Origin: an uncultured Verrucomicrobiae bacterium
GTDB lineage: Bacteria; Verrucomicrobiota; Verrucomicrobiia; Chthoniobacterales; UBA10450
Length of the DNA stretch: 64,000 nucleotides
Reading direction: 5' to 3'
Assembly: GCA_963801815.1 (NCBI GenBank)
Contig: CAWDGJ010000001.1
Location: forward strand, 32,001-96,000
Part shown: piece after piece, positions 1 through 9,994 of the stretch
Layout: each line of letters begins with the position of its first letter
Numbering within the stretch: the stretch's first letter is position 1
Made by a program: the position numbers and the translations under genes
Notes under the pieces: generated by a model
The model's database searches: none
Told to the model about the DNA's origin: nothing
Seen by the model: only the letters and a program-made list of their open reading frames with translations

Positions 1-1105
1 ATTCCGCAGCAGCGCTCCGAGTGACCTTCTGCCGTCTTCGCCAGGCGGGCGCCCGTCAGGCATCGCCCGGGTGAATGCGGCAGCACTCGATCGATGGAAT
101 GGGGGGTCGGCCCCGGTGGCGGAGTGCCGCACCGAGGGTGCTGCCCGGCAGGGAAATCACCCGCCAGGCACATCCCGGAAGGCACCTTGCCGGGGCCGAT
201 CCGTTCTCAGGGCCCGGTCGCACGATGCGTGATCAAGAGCCGCACGTGCCCGGCGCGCCGCGACGCGCCCGGAATTCTGCTTCAGCAGGTCCCGTCGCAG
301 CCGGGGCCGCTGCAGGCGGGGCCGCTGCAGTCAGGTCGGCTTCAGCAGGTCAAGCTGACCGAAACCGGCCGGTGAATACCCGAGTTCGGCACTCCTGGGC
401 GCGCCCGGAGTCCTCGGCTGCCAGTCACCGATCAGGCCCGGGACAGATCGGGCCGGACCGCGGGTGAGCTTCCCGGCCAGGCAGGCGAGCAGCTCGCCCG
501 ATGGCCGCCAGCGCGGGCCAGCTGCCGAATCCACTTGATAAGCGGGTTCACAGCTGCGTCCTAGCGTGCTGTAAGGATCGAGCGGCATGATCTTCATTGA
601 AGGGCCGAGAGTCATCTCGCCTTTCCGTCTGGGCTCGGGGTGGCCAGGCCCCGCTCCGAGCCCAGGCTTTTTTGCTTTCTGGGCACTGCCTGAGTGCGAT
701 CCAGGCGTCCTCGTGGCCTGATCCTGGCCGGTAAGGACGCTGAGGCCGGTGAGCGGCGGTGGCCGCAGCGCGGTCGGCCGCGCCGTCGGGCCTTCGTTCG
801 GTCCCCGTCTACTCCGAGGTGCGCCGGGATCGGTCCTGGGAGTTCTCACAGCGCGGTATGACGGCCCAGTGCCTGCCCCGGCAAGGGCCGGCGGCCCAGG
901 ATCACCGGGCACAGGAATGCCCCGCGAACCGGGGAGCATCAGGGATCACAGCCCCGGGCACGCGTCGGCCGCCAAGCGGCGACACCTAGCCAGGCCGTCA
1001 TGCCAGCGAGCACGGGCCTGACCACCGGAGGGCACGGACGCCCGGGCGGGATGAGATTCCGGCGGCCGGCCTCGGTCCCCGATGATTTATGACACTGCAG
1101 ATGAG

Positions 1106-2758
1106 CTACGTCGTCGGTGTCGGGGTTGGTGTCGGCGTTGGTGTCGGGGTGGGGGTCGGGGTGGGGGGCGGCGTGCGCGTGCGCGTAGGCGTGGGCGTGG
1201 GCGTGGGCGAGGAGGCGGACGCTGTCGGGCTGCTGCTGTGTACCGGGGACGGGGAGGGCGTGCTCTTCGCTCGCGTCTGTGCCGCCAGGCTGGCGGCCTG
1301 ACTTCTGGTCGCAGACGGTGCGGGTCCACTGGTGGGGCCTGACTTCTTCTTGCTGTGCGGCTTCGGGCTAGTGACGCCAGCCGACTGGCCGGGAACTGGC
1401 GTGCTGCCCGCGCTCTGCGTCGTTTCCGGTGACGCCGTGGAGTGACGGAGAGCGTCGGCAAGTTTAGGGGAAGCCACCGCGGCCACCCCGGCGACTAGCA
1501 GCAGAACCAGGGCCGCAGCAGCCAGGACCTCTTTGCGCGGGCGGTGCCGCACCGGCTCGTCCTCGGTGTCCTCGTAGCCGGAGAGCATCGTGGACATCTG
1601 CGGCCGTTCCGGCGGTACGGCCGGCAGCTGGGTATAGGTGGCCACGCTCTCTTCAGAGGGCCTGGGCGCTGCGGCGAGAAAACGCGCCGCACCCAGGGCG
1701 ACCGTGGTTTTGGGGTCGGCGTCAATCGCCGGTGCCCGGCCGAACTCGGCCGAGATCAGCTGGGAGACGAGCGGGATCCGGGAGGATCCCCCCACCAGCA
1801 GGATCGCGTCCAGCTGCGTGCCGTCGACGGCTGCCGACTCCAGGGCCCGGCGCAACGCCTCGATGGTCCGGTCCAGTTCGGGCCGGATCATTTCCTCAAA
1901 TTCGGCCCGGGTCACCCGGACCCGCTGCCGCACGCCGCCGAGCTCCACCGGGATGGTGGTGTCGGTGTCCACCGATAGGGTTTCCTTCGCCTCGGTGCAC
2001 GCGCGGCGCAGCCGGGCAACCTCGGGAACGATGCGCGGATCGTTCGGGTTGATCTGGGTCAGCGGCACCCCGGCGGCGGCGCATACATGCTCGAACAGCA
2101 TCTCGTCAAAGGTGACCCCGCCGAGCCCGTCGATCCCTTCGGGCTTTCCGAGGAGCGTGAACGCGGTCGGTGAGTCCTTACGGATAACGGCGGCGTCGAA
2201 GGTCCCCCCGCCCAGGTCGTACACGGCCAGACGGGCGCCGGTCTCGACCTGCGCCCGGCTGGCGTATCCGATCGCGGCGGCCTGCGGTTCGCTCAGCAGC
2301 TCCATCTTGCCCAGCCGCGTCATCTCGCCGATGCGGGCGGCTCGCATAGCCTGCTCGAACAGGCTTATCTTGTACGGTCCCCAGCTGGCCGGGTAGGTGA
2401 GCGCGACGCTTTCGGGCAGTCCGGCTTCCCGTTCGTTGACCTGCTGCCATACCCGGTGGACGAGTACCGCGGCAAGATCTTGAGCCTGCCATGGCACCCC
2501 GCCCACCAGCAGCGGGATCTCATCACCGATCCGCCGCTTGAACTCCCGTACCACGCGGTCGGGGTCGGTGAGCGCGTAGCGCTCCGCGGCCTCTCCGACC
2601 AGCAGTGAGCCGTCTCCAGCCAGGAACAGCACCGACGGTACGGCGGGCGAGCGGCTGCCCAGCGGAACGACCTGGGTTTCCAGCTCACCCATCGCCGGCC
2701 GGCATAGCGCAGCGGCCGTGTACGTCGTGCCGAGGTCGATCCCCAGCCAGTACGTCAT
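1106..2758 (-). CDS. Hsp70/DnaK-family protein with C-terminal TM helix and Pro/Thr-rich tail (actinobacterial Rv0312-like architecture)
   Basis: GIDLGTT, VYDLGGGTFD and LLVGGSSRIP Hsp70 ATPase motifs; hydrophobic VLAAAALVLLLVAGVAAV then (PT)n; GGAGG RBS at ~2768-2772. Confidence 0.9.
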   Translation of the reverse strand: MTYWLGIDLGTTYTAAALCRPAMGELETQVVPLGSRSPAVPSVLFLAGDGSLLVGEAAERYALTDPDRVVREFKRRIGDEIPLLVGGVPWQAQDLAAVLVHRVWQQVNEREAGLPESVALTYPASWGPYKISLFEQAMRAARIGEMTRLGKMELLSEPQAAAIGYASRAQVETGARLAVYDLGGGTFDAAVIRKDSPTAFTLLGKPEGIDGLGGVTFDEMLFEHVCAAAGVPLTQINPNDPRIVPEVARLRRACTEAKETLSVDTDTTIPVELGGVRQRVRVTRAEFEEMIRPELDRTIEALRRALESAAVDGTQLDAILLVGGSSRIPLVSQLISAEFGRAPAIDADPKTTVALGAARFLAAAPRPSEESVATYTQLPAVPPERPQMSTMLSGYEDTEDEPVRHRPRKEVLAAAALVLLLVAGVAAVASPKLADALRHSTASPETTQSAGSTPVPGQSAGVTSPKPHSKKKSGPTSGPAPSATRSQAASLAAQTRAKSTPSPSPVHSSSPTASASSPTPTPTPTRTRTPPPTPTPTPTPTPTPTPTPTT

Positions 2759-2877
2759 TGTCATCATCCTCCCGCGCGGGCGCCCCCCGCACCCATGGGC
2801 GCGTCCAGGAAACCTTCCGGAAACGTCCTGAAAGAGAGACGCCGATCCGGGCCGTCGCGTTGGCGCGGGCAACCCCC

Positions 2878-2960
2878 CTTCCTGATTAGGGGATCGGGGG
2901 CGGCGGAGGCAAAATCCCCTAATCCCCTAATGGGGGAATCGCTCGAATCCCCTAACGGCG
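2878..2960. promoter_or_regulatory. Repeated TAGGGG/CCCCTA boxes in the divergent Hsp70 / IniB-N intergenic region (putative activator sites)
   Basis: ATTAGGGGAT, ATCCCCTAATCCCCTAAT and ATCCCCTAAC; block recurs at ~4713-4790 upstream of the second paralog. Confidence 0.5.
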
Positions 2961-3077
2961 CCCCGGAGATGGCGGGTTGCTCCCCGATTGCGGCGGCGCG
3001 GTCGGTCCCTAGATTTACCGAAGCGCCCGGACACCCGGTCCGTCCGCTCATCTGGCGATATCGAGGAAATAGCTGCG

Positions 3078-3842
3078 ATGACCGCCGCGACCTCGTTGCT
3101 GGACTTCATCCTGAACTTGCTGAAAGATCCGCAAGCTCATGCGGAGTTCCGCGCGAGTCCCGAGCACGTGCTGGCCGCCAACGGCCTCACTGGCGTGTCT
3201 GCTGCGGACATCCGCGGGACGTTGCCGTTGGTGACGGACAACCGGTACGTTGGGCTGAACAGCGGCCACCACCTCGTCTCGCTGTCGGCCGCGTCGCCCT
3301 CGGGCGACAGTGGCGCTCGCGCTGTCATCCATTACCTGCACCGCATCACCCGCACCTACCGGTACGACGATCACGGCTCCCACGCCCACGACCCGGGGCA
3401 CGGAAACATCTGGGCCATGGACGGTGTGACGCATAGCGGCCCCGCGCCCGGCCCTGGCGGCGAGTCCGGTGCCGGTCGCTGGATGGGCGGGCAGCACGAG
3501 AATTTCGACCTGCACGGCTTCGGCTCCGGGGCCGCCATGACCGCGGTGGGCGGTACTGACATCCCGGCCGGTAGCTCCGGTGAAATCGTCGGCTCGCACG
3601 ACAGCATCGGCTTTCGCCACACGGACTCCGGCGGCGCCGCTAGCCAGGCGGGCGCGGACGACTGGCACGCGCACGACGCCAACGACAGCCTCGGCGACAG
3701 CTATTACGGCCACGACAGCTATTACGGCCACGACAGCGTGCCCGGCACTCACGACCCCCCGGACTGCATTATATCTGGACCTGCGCTGATAGGAGGATCT
3801 CTACCCTGGCATGACGAAGCGGTAAGCCGCTTGACGCATTGA
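3078..3842 (+). CDS. IniB N-terminal-domain protein with Gly/His/Asp-rich low-complexity C-terminus
   Basis: MTAATSLLDFILNLLKDPQAHAEFRASPEHVLAANGLTGVSAADI resembles the IniB N-terminal domain; GAGGA RBS; divergent from Hsp70 gene. Confidence 0.75.
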   Translation: MTAATSLLDFILNLLKDPQAHAEFRASPEHVLAANGLTGVSAADIRGTLPLVTDNRYVGLNSGHHLVSLSAASPSGDSGARAVIHYLHRITRTYRYDDHGSHAHDPGHGNIWAMDGVTHSGPAPGPGGESGAGRWMGGQHENFDLHGFGSGAAMTAVGGTDIPAGSSGEIVGSHDSIGFRHTDSGGAASQAGADDWHAHDANDSLGDSYYGHDSYYGHDSVPGTHDPPDCIISGPALIGGSLPWHDEAVSRLTH

Positions 3843-3897
3843 CCGGTCCGACTGCGCCTGCAACCGGACAGCCTCCTTCAGAGAGAAAAGAGTAACC

Positions 3898-4563
3898 ATG
3901 GAGCACACCCTGGACTCCCACCGCGTGGACCACTGCCCCGTGGACCACTGCGCCTTGGAGTAGCGACCCGTCGGCCACGACGACTACCACTACCGACGAT
4001 CACCATCACGACGGCACCCCCCCGGCCGGCGACCCGCCGACCACTACTACTCCGACGATCACCATCACGACGGCACCCCCCCGGCAGGCGACCCGTCGGC
4101 CACCACTACTACCACCCCGTGGACCACGGCCCCGTGGACTACCGTCCCTTGGGGTAGCGACCCGTCGTCCAGCGACCCGTCGTCCAACAGCAGCGATCCC
4201 AGTCACCACGACCACCACTGGAGCTTCGGTAGCGGCACCGACCCCGCAGCCACCAGCAGCGACCCCTGCCACCACGACCACCACTGGAGCTTCGGTAGCG
4301 GGGATCCCACGGCGGCTGCAACCACGACGACTGCCTCTGTCACCACCAGCACCACCACGCCCGACGGGTGGGGCCACGAGCATCACCACCACAAGCACCA
4401 CCATCACCACCACCATCACCACCACGAGCACCACCAGGACCTGCCCAGGACCCGACGACCCAGGGGCAGCGCAGGACCCGCCGCAGGCGCGAGACCCAGG
4501 ACCAGCACCACCGATCACCACTTCGACCACGGCTTGGACATGCATGTGATCGTGAGCTGCTGA
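3898..4563 (+). CDS. His/Thr/Trp-rich repeat protein (frameshifted in this read)
   Basis: AGAAAAGAG RBS then ATG; pieced-together frames give WTTAPW repeats, DDHHHDGTPPAGDP x2, HHDHHWSFGSG x2 and a poly-His run, ending ...DMHVIVSC*. Confidence 0.55.
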
Positions 4564-4712
4564 CTCAGCGGGATTGTCCTTCTGTGGCCCACCCGGCATA
4601 CCCGGGTGGGCCACGAGAACGCATTCAGGCGCCGATCGAGCAACGCGCCAGCTACGTCTCCGAGGTCGGGAATCCGGGCAACCACGCGGGGTGAAGTACG
4701 CGGAGGCCGGGA

Positions 4713-5260
4713 TTCCCTGATTCGGGATCGGGGGCGGCTGAGGTCAGGTCCCCCTAATCCCCTGATGGGGAAATCGCCGGATCCCTGGGGCCCCGGAGAT
4801 GGCGGGTTGATCCCCGATTGCCGGCGGTGCGGCGCAGGTCCCTGGATTACCAAAACGTCCGGTCACCCGGTCCGTACGCTCATCTGGCGATATCGCTCAT
4901 CTGGCGATGGGGAAATCGCTTGAGATGACCGCTGCGACCTCGTTGCTGGACTTCATCCTGAACTTGCTGAAAGATCCGCAGCTCCGGCGGAGTTCCGCGC
5001 GAGTCCCGAGCACGTGCTGGCCGCGAGCGGCCTCGCTGGCGTGTTGCTGCGGACATCCGCGGGACGTTGCCGCTGGTGACGGACAACCGGTACGTCGAGC
5101 TGAACAGCAGCAACCACCTCGCCTCGCCGCCGGTCATGCCGCCGGGGGGCGACGGTGGCATGCGCGTTGTCGTCCGTTACCTGCACCACGTCACCCGCAC
5201 GTACCGGTACGACGACCACGGCACCCATGACCCCGGGCACGGGAACATCTGGGCCGTCGG
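4713..5260 (+). repeat. Diverged direct duplication of ~2878-3420 (upstream region plus IniB-N 5' half)
   Basis: Long near-identical stretches, e.g. GACCTCGTTGCTGGACTTCATCCTGAACTTGCTGAAAGATCCGCA in both copies. Confidence 0.9.
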
Positions 5261-5800
5261 CGACGGCACGAAGGACTTCGATGGCGGCCACGGGGTGACG
5301 GACGGCCCCGCTCCCGGCCCGCGCGACGGGCACCGTGCCGGTCGCTGGATGGGCGACGGCCACGAGCGCTCAGGCCACGACGGCGACTTCGGTTACGGTG
5401 ACCCCACCCATAGCCTGAGCCACGGCGACATGCAGGATGGCCCGGCCGGAAACGCGTACGGCAGCCGTTTCCGCTACTCAACCACGACCATGGCCACGGC
5501 CACGGCCACGGCCTGCACGGCTTCGGCTCCGGTGCCGCCACGACCTCGGTCGGTCCGGCCGCTTCTCCGGTGACGCCGGTGGCTCGCACGACGGCACCGG
5601 CTTTCATCCCGCGAGCTCGGTGGGCCCGCCGCCAGGCAGGCCCGGACGACTTCACACGCACGACGCTCGCAGGCGGCTCGGGGTGATGCCGCTGCGGCCA
5701 GGACGCTATTCTCGGCCAGGGCGCCGACCACGGCGTCCACGCCCTCCGGAGCCGCACATATCTCGACCTGCACTGAGTCGGCGACCGCGGCGGCCCGGAT
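4925..5800 (+). CDS. Second IniB N-terminal-domain paralog (frameshifted; 3' end uncertain)
   Basis: MTAATSLLDFILNLLKDPQ...LPLVTDNRYV...YRYDDHG...HDPGHGNIWA matches the first copy. Confidence 0.65.
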
Positions 5801-5919
5801 CAACTGTCGGCCAGGATCGCGGCGACCTAGAACTAGCCCGCTGGTACGCGAAGCGGCAACGCCACTTAACCATTCGATCTGCCCGGCTCTAAATCGGGCA
5901 GATTTCTGGCAATTGGTGG

Positions 5920-5955
5920 TTTTTTTTTTTTTTTTTTTGTTGCCGACGTATTGCT
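5920..5955 (+). other. Probable nanopore adapter remnant / chimeric junction
   Basis: T19 run followed by ACGTATTGCT (3' end of the ONT ligation adapter); abrupt change in base composition; next gene starts mid-frame. Confidence 0.8.
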
Positions 5956-6553
5956 GGATTCGCGCGGCCGAATGGACTGGTTTCGGCAATCGTGCCAGCG
6001 CGCGTTGGATTCCTCCGCGATCGAACGCGAACGCGATCTCGACGAAGCCTGGCGAATTTCCGGTGCCGGCGCGTTGCGTGGGCGAGCGTCCGCGGTTTTG
6101 CGCGAACTCTGGAACTGGCGCGATAAGGAAGCCGAAGCGGCCGATCGTCCACCGTTTCACATTTTGCAAAATCGCGAGCTTATATTCTCGGCGCAGCAGT
6201 TCGCAGCCGGCGAATCGTCTGATTACAAGCATTTCTCCGATCGTCGTCGCCGTACCTTTCTAGAAGCAGCGAAACGGGGGATGGAGTTACCCGAGAAAGA
6301 TTGGCCGGTCAGGCCGCGGCGTTCCGGCACACGCCCAACCGCCGAAGTGATCAAGCGAGTCGAAAAACTTCGCCAAAATCGGGATCACGCCGCGAAAGAG
6401 TTACACATCGAGTCCTCGTTTATCGCCCCGCGCGCAACTCTCGAAGCCATCGGCGCCGATTCATCTAAATCCGATGCCATGCTCGTTCCCTGGCAGCGCG
6501 AGGTGCTGCGCATCTCAGAAATCAGAGATCACCAGTCAGCGGTCCGTCAATAA
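5956..6553 (+). CDS. rnd: Ribonuclease D family protein, C-terminal HRDC part (5'-truncated)
   Basis: AVLRELWNWRDKEAEAADRPPFHIL HRDC motif; C-terminal LVPWQREVL. Confidence 0.75.
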
Positions 6554-6635
6554 GAAAGAGATAAGCGGATCGCCACGAGCTAAGTTGTTTTAAAATGGTC
6601 TCGCGGCCAGTCGATCGTGAGGGATCGTCTAACAA

Positions 6636-8264
6636 TCAGTCGACGTATTTTTGGGCGATGGGCATGCGGCGGCCGAGACCGAACGCTCGGGAGGTGACTT
6701 TCAATCCGGGTGCGGCCTGTTCGCGTTTGTATTCATTCAAATCCACTCGGCGCTGGACCCAGCGCACCGTTTTTTCATCGAAGCCGTGAGCAATGACGTC
6801 GCGCGCGCTCAAATTTTCTTCGACGTAAAGGCGCAGGATTTCGTCGAGGATTTCATACGGCGGCAAGGTGTCCTGGTCCTTCTGGTTCGGTTTCAACTCT
6901 GCACTGGGCGGTTTTTCGATTGTCGACTTCGGGATGATTTCCTTTTCGCGGTTTATCCAGCGCGCGAGATCATAAATCATGGTCTTGGGCACATCGCTGA
7001 TCACTGCCAGTCCTCCGGCCATGTCGCCGTAAATCGTACAGTAGCCAACTGCGAGCTCGCTCTTATTGCCGGTCGAAAGGACCAAATGGCCAAACTTGTT
7101 CGACAGAGCCATCAGAGTCATCGCCCGCAAACGCGGCTGCATATTCTCCTCGGTTTCGTTTTCCGGCCGACCGGAAAAGATTTCCTCAAACTGGCTTTTG
7201 AACACGGCGAAAGTTTCAGCGATTGGGATATGCAACAATTTGATCCCGAGATTTTCGGCAAGTTTTTTCGCGTCATCAATGCTGCCGCGGGACGAATACT
7301 GGCTCGGCATCGAAACGCCGACTACGTTTTCGGGCCCGAGTGCGTCAGCGGCAATGGCCGCGACGACCGCGGAATCGACTCCGCCGCTGAGCCCGAGCAC
7401 CGCCGATTTGAAACCGCACTTTCGCAAATAATCACGCAGGCCTAACGAAAGCGCGTTGAAGAGCTGTTTCGGCGTTGATTCTTCGTGGAATTCAAACGCA
7501 GCGGTTGAATCGGTATCGACGACTTCTTCGTGCTGGCGGAAAGCGGGTAATTGCGCGAGCAATTTGCCAGACGCATTTACCGCGATGGAATTTCCGTCGA
7601 AGACAAGCTGGTCGTTACCGCCGACGGCATTGCAATAAAAGATTGGCCGTTTGTAGGTGCGGGCCAGTGTGGCGACCATTTCGTAACGAATCGCCGGCTT
7701 ATGCAACGTGAACGGCGACGCGCTCAGATTCAGAATGATCTCCGCGCCTTGCTCGATCAGACTTCGCGTGGGCTCGCAATCATAGAGCGGGCGGGGGAGA
7801 TAATGTTCGGTCCAGATATCTTCACAAATCGTGACGCCGATTTTCTTTCCGCCGCAATCGAACGGTTCAATTTTGGCCGCGGGTTGAAAATAGCGGTCTT
7901 CGTCGAAGACATCGTAGGTCGGCAAGAGCGATTTATGGGCGACACGGCCCGGTTTGCCGCGCTCGAGTAATGCGGCGGCATTGTGAAACGGGCGGCCACG
8001 GCCTTCGTTTCGATCGACAAATCCGACGAGCAGCGCGGCGCTGCCGACGCGGGCATGAAGTTGTTTCACGATCTCGAGCGTTTCGGGAACGAACCGCGAT
8101 TTGAAAACCAAGTCCTGGGGTGGATAGCCGGTAACTGCGAGCTCGGGCGTAATGACAAGGTCGGCGCCGGCGGTGGCGAGACGTTCGTAAGACTGAACGA
8201 TTTTGTCGAAGTTACCCCGCAAATCGCCAACCGTTGGATTAAGCTGCGCAAAACCAATCTTCAC
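6636..8264 (-). CDS. nadE: Glutamine-dependent NAD+ synthetase
   Basis: Nitrilase domain (PELAVTGYPPQDL, TICEDIW) plus LGLSGGVDS, STGNKSE and PPSAEL..Q.DQD. Confidence 0.97.
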   Translation of the reverse strand: MKIGFAQLNPTVGDLRGNFDKIVQSYERLATAGADLVITPELAVTGYPPQDLVFKSRFVPETLEIVKQLHARVGSAALLVGFVDRNEGRGRPFHNAAALLERGKPGRVAHKSLLPTYDVFDEDRYFQPAAKIEPFDCGGKKIGVTICEDIWTEHYLPRPLYDCEPTRSLIEQGAEIILNLSASPFTLHKPAIRYEMVATLARTYKRPIFYCNAVGGNDQLVFDGNSIAVNASGKLLAQLPAFRQHEEVVDTDSTAAFEFHEESTPKQLFNALSLGLRDYLRKCGFKSAVLGLSGGVDSAVVAAIAADALGPENVVGVSMPSQYSSRGSIDDAKKLAENLGIKLLHIPIAETFAVFKSQFEEIFSGRPENETEENMQPRLRAMTLMALSNKFGHLVLSTGNKSELAVGYCTIYGDMAGGLAVISDVPKTMIYDLARWINREKEIIPKSTIEKPPSAELKPNQKDQDTLPPYEILDEILRLYVEENLSARDVIAHGFDEKTVRWVQRRVDLNEYKREQAAPGLKVTSRAFGLGRRMPIAQKYVD

Positions 8265-8360
8265 GCTGGTTTAATACAGTTTAATTAAGGCTCAGATGCA
8301 AGGTGCGTTGCGCACTTGTCGAGCCTGCGTGCCCGGAGCAATATCGGTTTAGGGTGCCCG

Positions 8361-8519
8361 TTAGGGCGAGGACATCACCGCGTGGTGTTGGTACCCCTTA
8401 TTTAGAGCATCGTCGGCCCCTTCGACGAACACCTTTGCCCATTGAATGAGCGAGGCGGCAAGGAATCCGGCGACAGCACAGATGATGACTTTCTGGAAAA
8501 AGGTAGCTTGCACGGGCAT
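8361..8519 (-). CDS. Small putative membrane protein
   Basis: MPVQATFFQKVIICAVAGFLAASLIQWAKVF... single hydrophobic helix. Confidence 0.35.
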   Translation of the reverse strand: MPVQATFFQKVIICAVAGFLAASLIQWAKVFVEGADDALNKGYQHHAVMSSP

Positions 8520-8592
8520 TTTAACAGCAGCGAAGGTGCCAGAACGCGCAATCTTTACCGGGAGATTGGTCTTCCTCCCTGCATTCCTGATA

Positions 8593-8688
8593 CAGCGCGG
8601 TAACGGCCAGACTCGGCGGGCGGACAACCGTTTAAGCGGTTTCCTGGCGACAGGTGCTGCAAACCCCGGCCTAATGTCCGGTGTTAAT
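8593..8688. repeat. Degenerate copy of the palindromic repeat at 50465-50574
   Basis: CAGCGCGGT...AACCGTTTAAGCGGTTT...CCGGTGTTAA. Confidence 0.55.
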
Positions 8689-8718
8689 CGGGCACGGGAG
8701 TTGCGGATTTCAAAGGCG

Positions 8719-8967
8719 ATGTCTGAACCCGTTAAGCTCGACCCCAAGACCGCCGAAGCGGAGCAATTGACCCGTCTGCTCGAGTTAGAGTTGCTTCAAA
8801 AGCGGACGAGTTGGAAACAAGCGAAACAACGCAACAAATCCCTCCGCTCCGCAGCGTTCCTGTTTCTATTTTTGCTCATCACCGGCTGCTTCCTGGGCTT
8901 TTTCTTCGCTTACACGCGCGTCAGCGAGCGAAGAGCCAAGCCGCCACCATCAGTGTCCGACCATTGA
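8719..8967 (+). CDS. Small single-TM hypothetical protein
   Basis: MSEPVKLDPK...coiled/basic segment then FLFLFLLITGCFLGFFFAY. Confidence 0.6.
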   Translation: MSEPVKLDPKTAEAEQLTRLLELELLQKRTSWKQAKQRNKSLRSAAFLFLFLLITGCFLGFFFAYTRVSERRAKPPPSVSDH

Positions 8968-8991
8968 GGTCGAACCTGCACGCAGCAGCGA

Positions 8992-9864
8992 TCATTCGGA
9001 CGCCCACGGGAGTCGAAAATGACCTGGCTTCTTCGCTTCAGCCAAGCGCGTTTTGCCTTTGCGATCGTTGATGACGAACGTGTTGTTCTCACCCAACTTC
9101 GACCACGGCCCGCGCGGCACGTCCTTGAATTCGACGAACTGCCAGTCTGTCACGTCGGTTTCGTTTAACCCCAGGTAATCGCGCACCGCGGGCGAGACGT
9201 CGAGGCCGGCGCCCTTGTTCAGGTTCGGTTTAGGACGTTCGTTGCCGAAAACATATTGCCAGTGATCGGTGCGGAACGGTCCGGCGTCTTCCCACTGTGC
9301 GTACGCGACCTTGTTTCCTTTACGAATCGCGATCCAGCGGTCTTTGCACACCGAAACTCCCGGGCCTTGGTAAGCAGCATTGAACCAGGGAACGATCCTC
9401 GCTGCTTCCGGCCGGTGGCCAGTCGAGGCTTTGTCATTGTAAGGGAGCGCGCAGTAAAATGGGTTTTGGCGGGGCGTGAAGTTTGCCGGAGTATAATCGC
9501 TTCGATGCGCAGGATTCGGGTCGTCGAAACCGCCGTAACTTCTGGACCACTCTTTATCCCACGAGCTTGCTCGATTCGGCACGGGGTTATTCCCGGCCGG
9601 CTTCTCGCCAATCCAGAAGATTGTGGTCACAATCTGTTGCTTCCACGGGTACCGAGTGCCAGGCGAAGGCGGCCCCGATCTCAAATGGTTCGGTGCAAAG
9701 GCGAGGGAATTAATGCTGACGATGGATTCGTCCGATTTTGTGTCGGACTTCTTGGTTAGCTTCGTCTTGATCGGCTCTTCTTTGGTCATGATCCCATGAC
9801 CAAACAGGGCCGAGACCGACGAGAGCAAAGCGGCAATAGTATGTGTAATTTTTCCAGGTTTCAT
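8992..9864 (-). CDS. Exported protein with RlpA/DPBB-like C-terminal motifs
   Basis: Signal-like N-terminus; NPFYCALP...AQWEDAGP...LDVSPAVRDYLG resembles the DPBB DxGP/DLS motifs. Confidence 0.55.
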   Translation of the reverse strand: MKPGKITHTIAALLSSVSALFGHGIMTKEEPIKTKLTKKSDTKSDESIVSINSLAFAPNHLRSGPPSPGTRYPWKQQIVTTIFWIGEKPAGNNPVPNRASSWDKEWSRSYGGFDDPNPAHRSDYTPANFTPRQNPFYCALPYNDKASTGHRPEAARIVPWFNAAYQGPGVSVCKDRWIAIRKGNKVAYAQWEDAGPFRTDHWQYVFGNERPKPNLNKGAGLDVSPAVRDYLGLNETDVTDWQFVEFKDVPRGPWSKLGENNTFVINDRKGKTRLAEAKKPGHFRLPWASE

Positions 9865-9994
9865 GAAACACGGGCAGCACAACGCGCTGCATATGGTTTG
9901 ACGCTACGCCAGGCGAAAAATTCGAACCAGACCGCGCCAGCGGCCTGAGCCTTAATCAGCGAAGCGAGATGGTGACTTTCGACGTAAATGCCAC

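Noticed and set aside
75..1021. Overlapping GC-rich ORFs with short QPGPL-like repeats
   Set aside because: No recognisable domain; long ORFs are expected by chance at this GC content and error rate.
3898..4440. CRISPR-like array in the repeated CAC/GAC-rich region
   Set aside because: Repeats are codon-periodic and of variable length, with no unique constant-length spacers and no cas genes.
1..5950. Horizontal transfer of an actinobacterial island into the main genome
   Set aside because: The adapter-like remnant and truncated rnd at the boundary point to a chimeric read; there is no integrase or att site.
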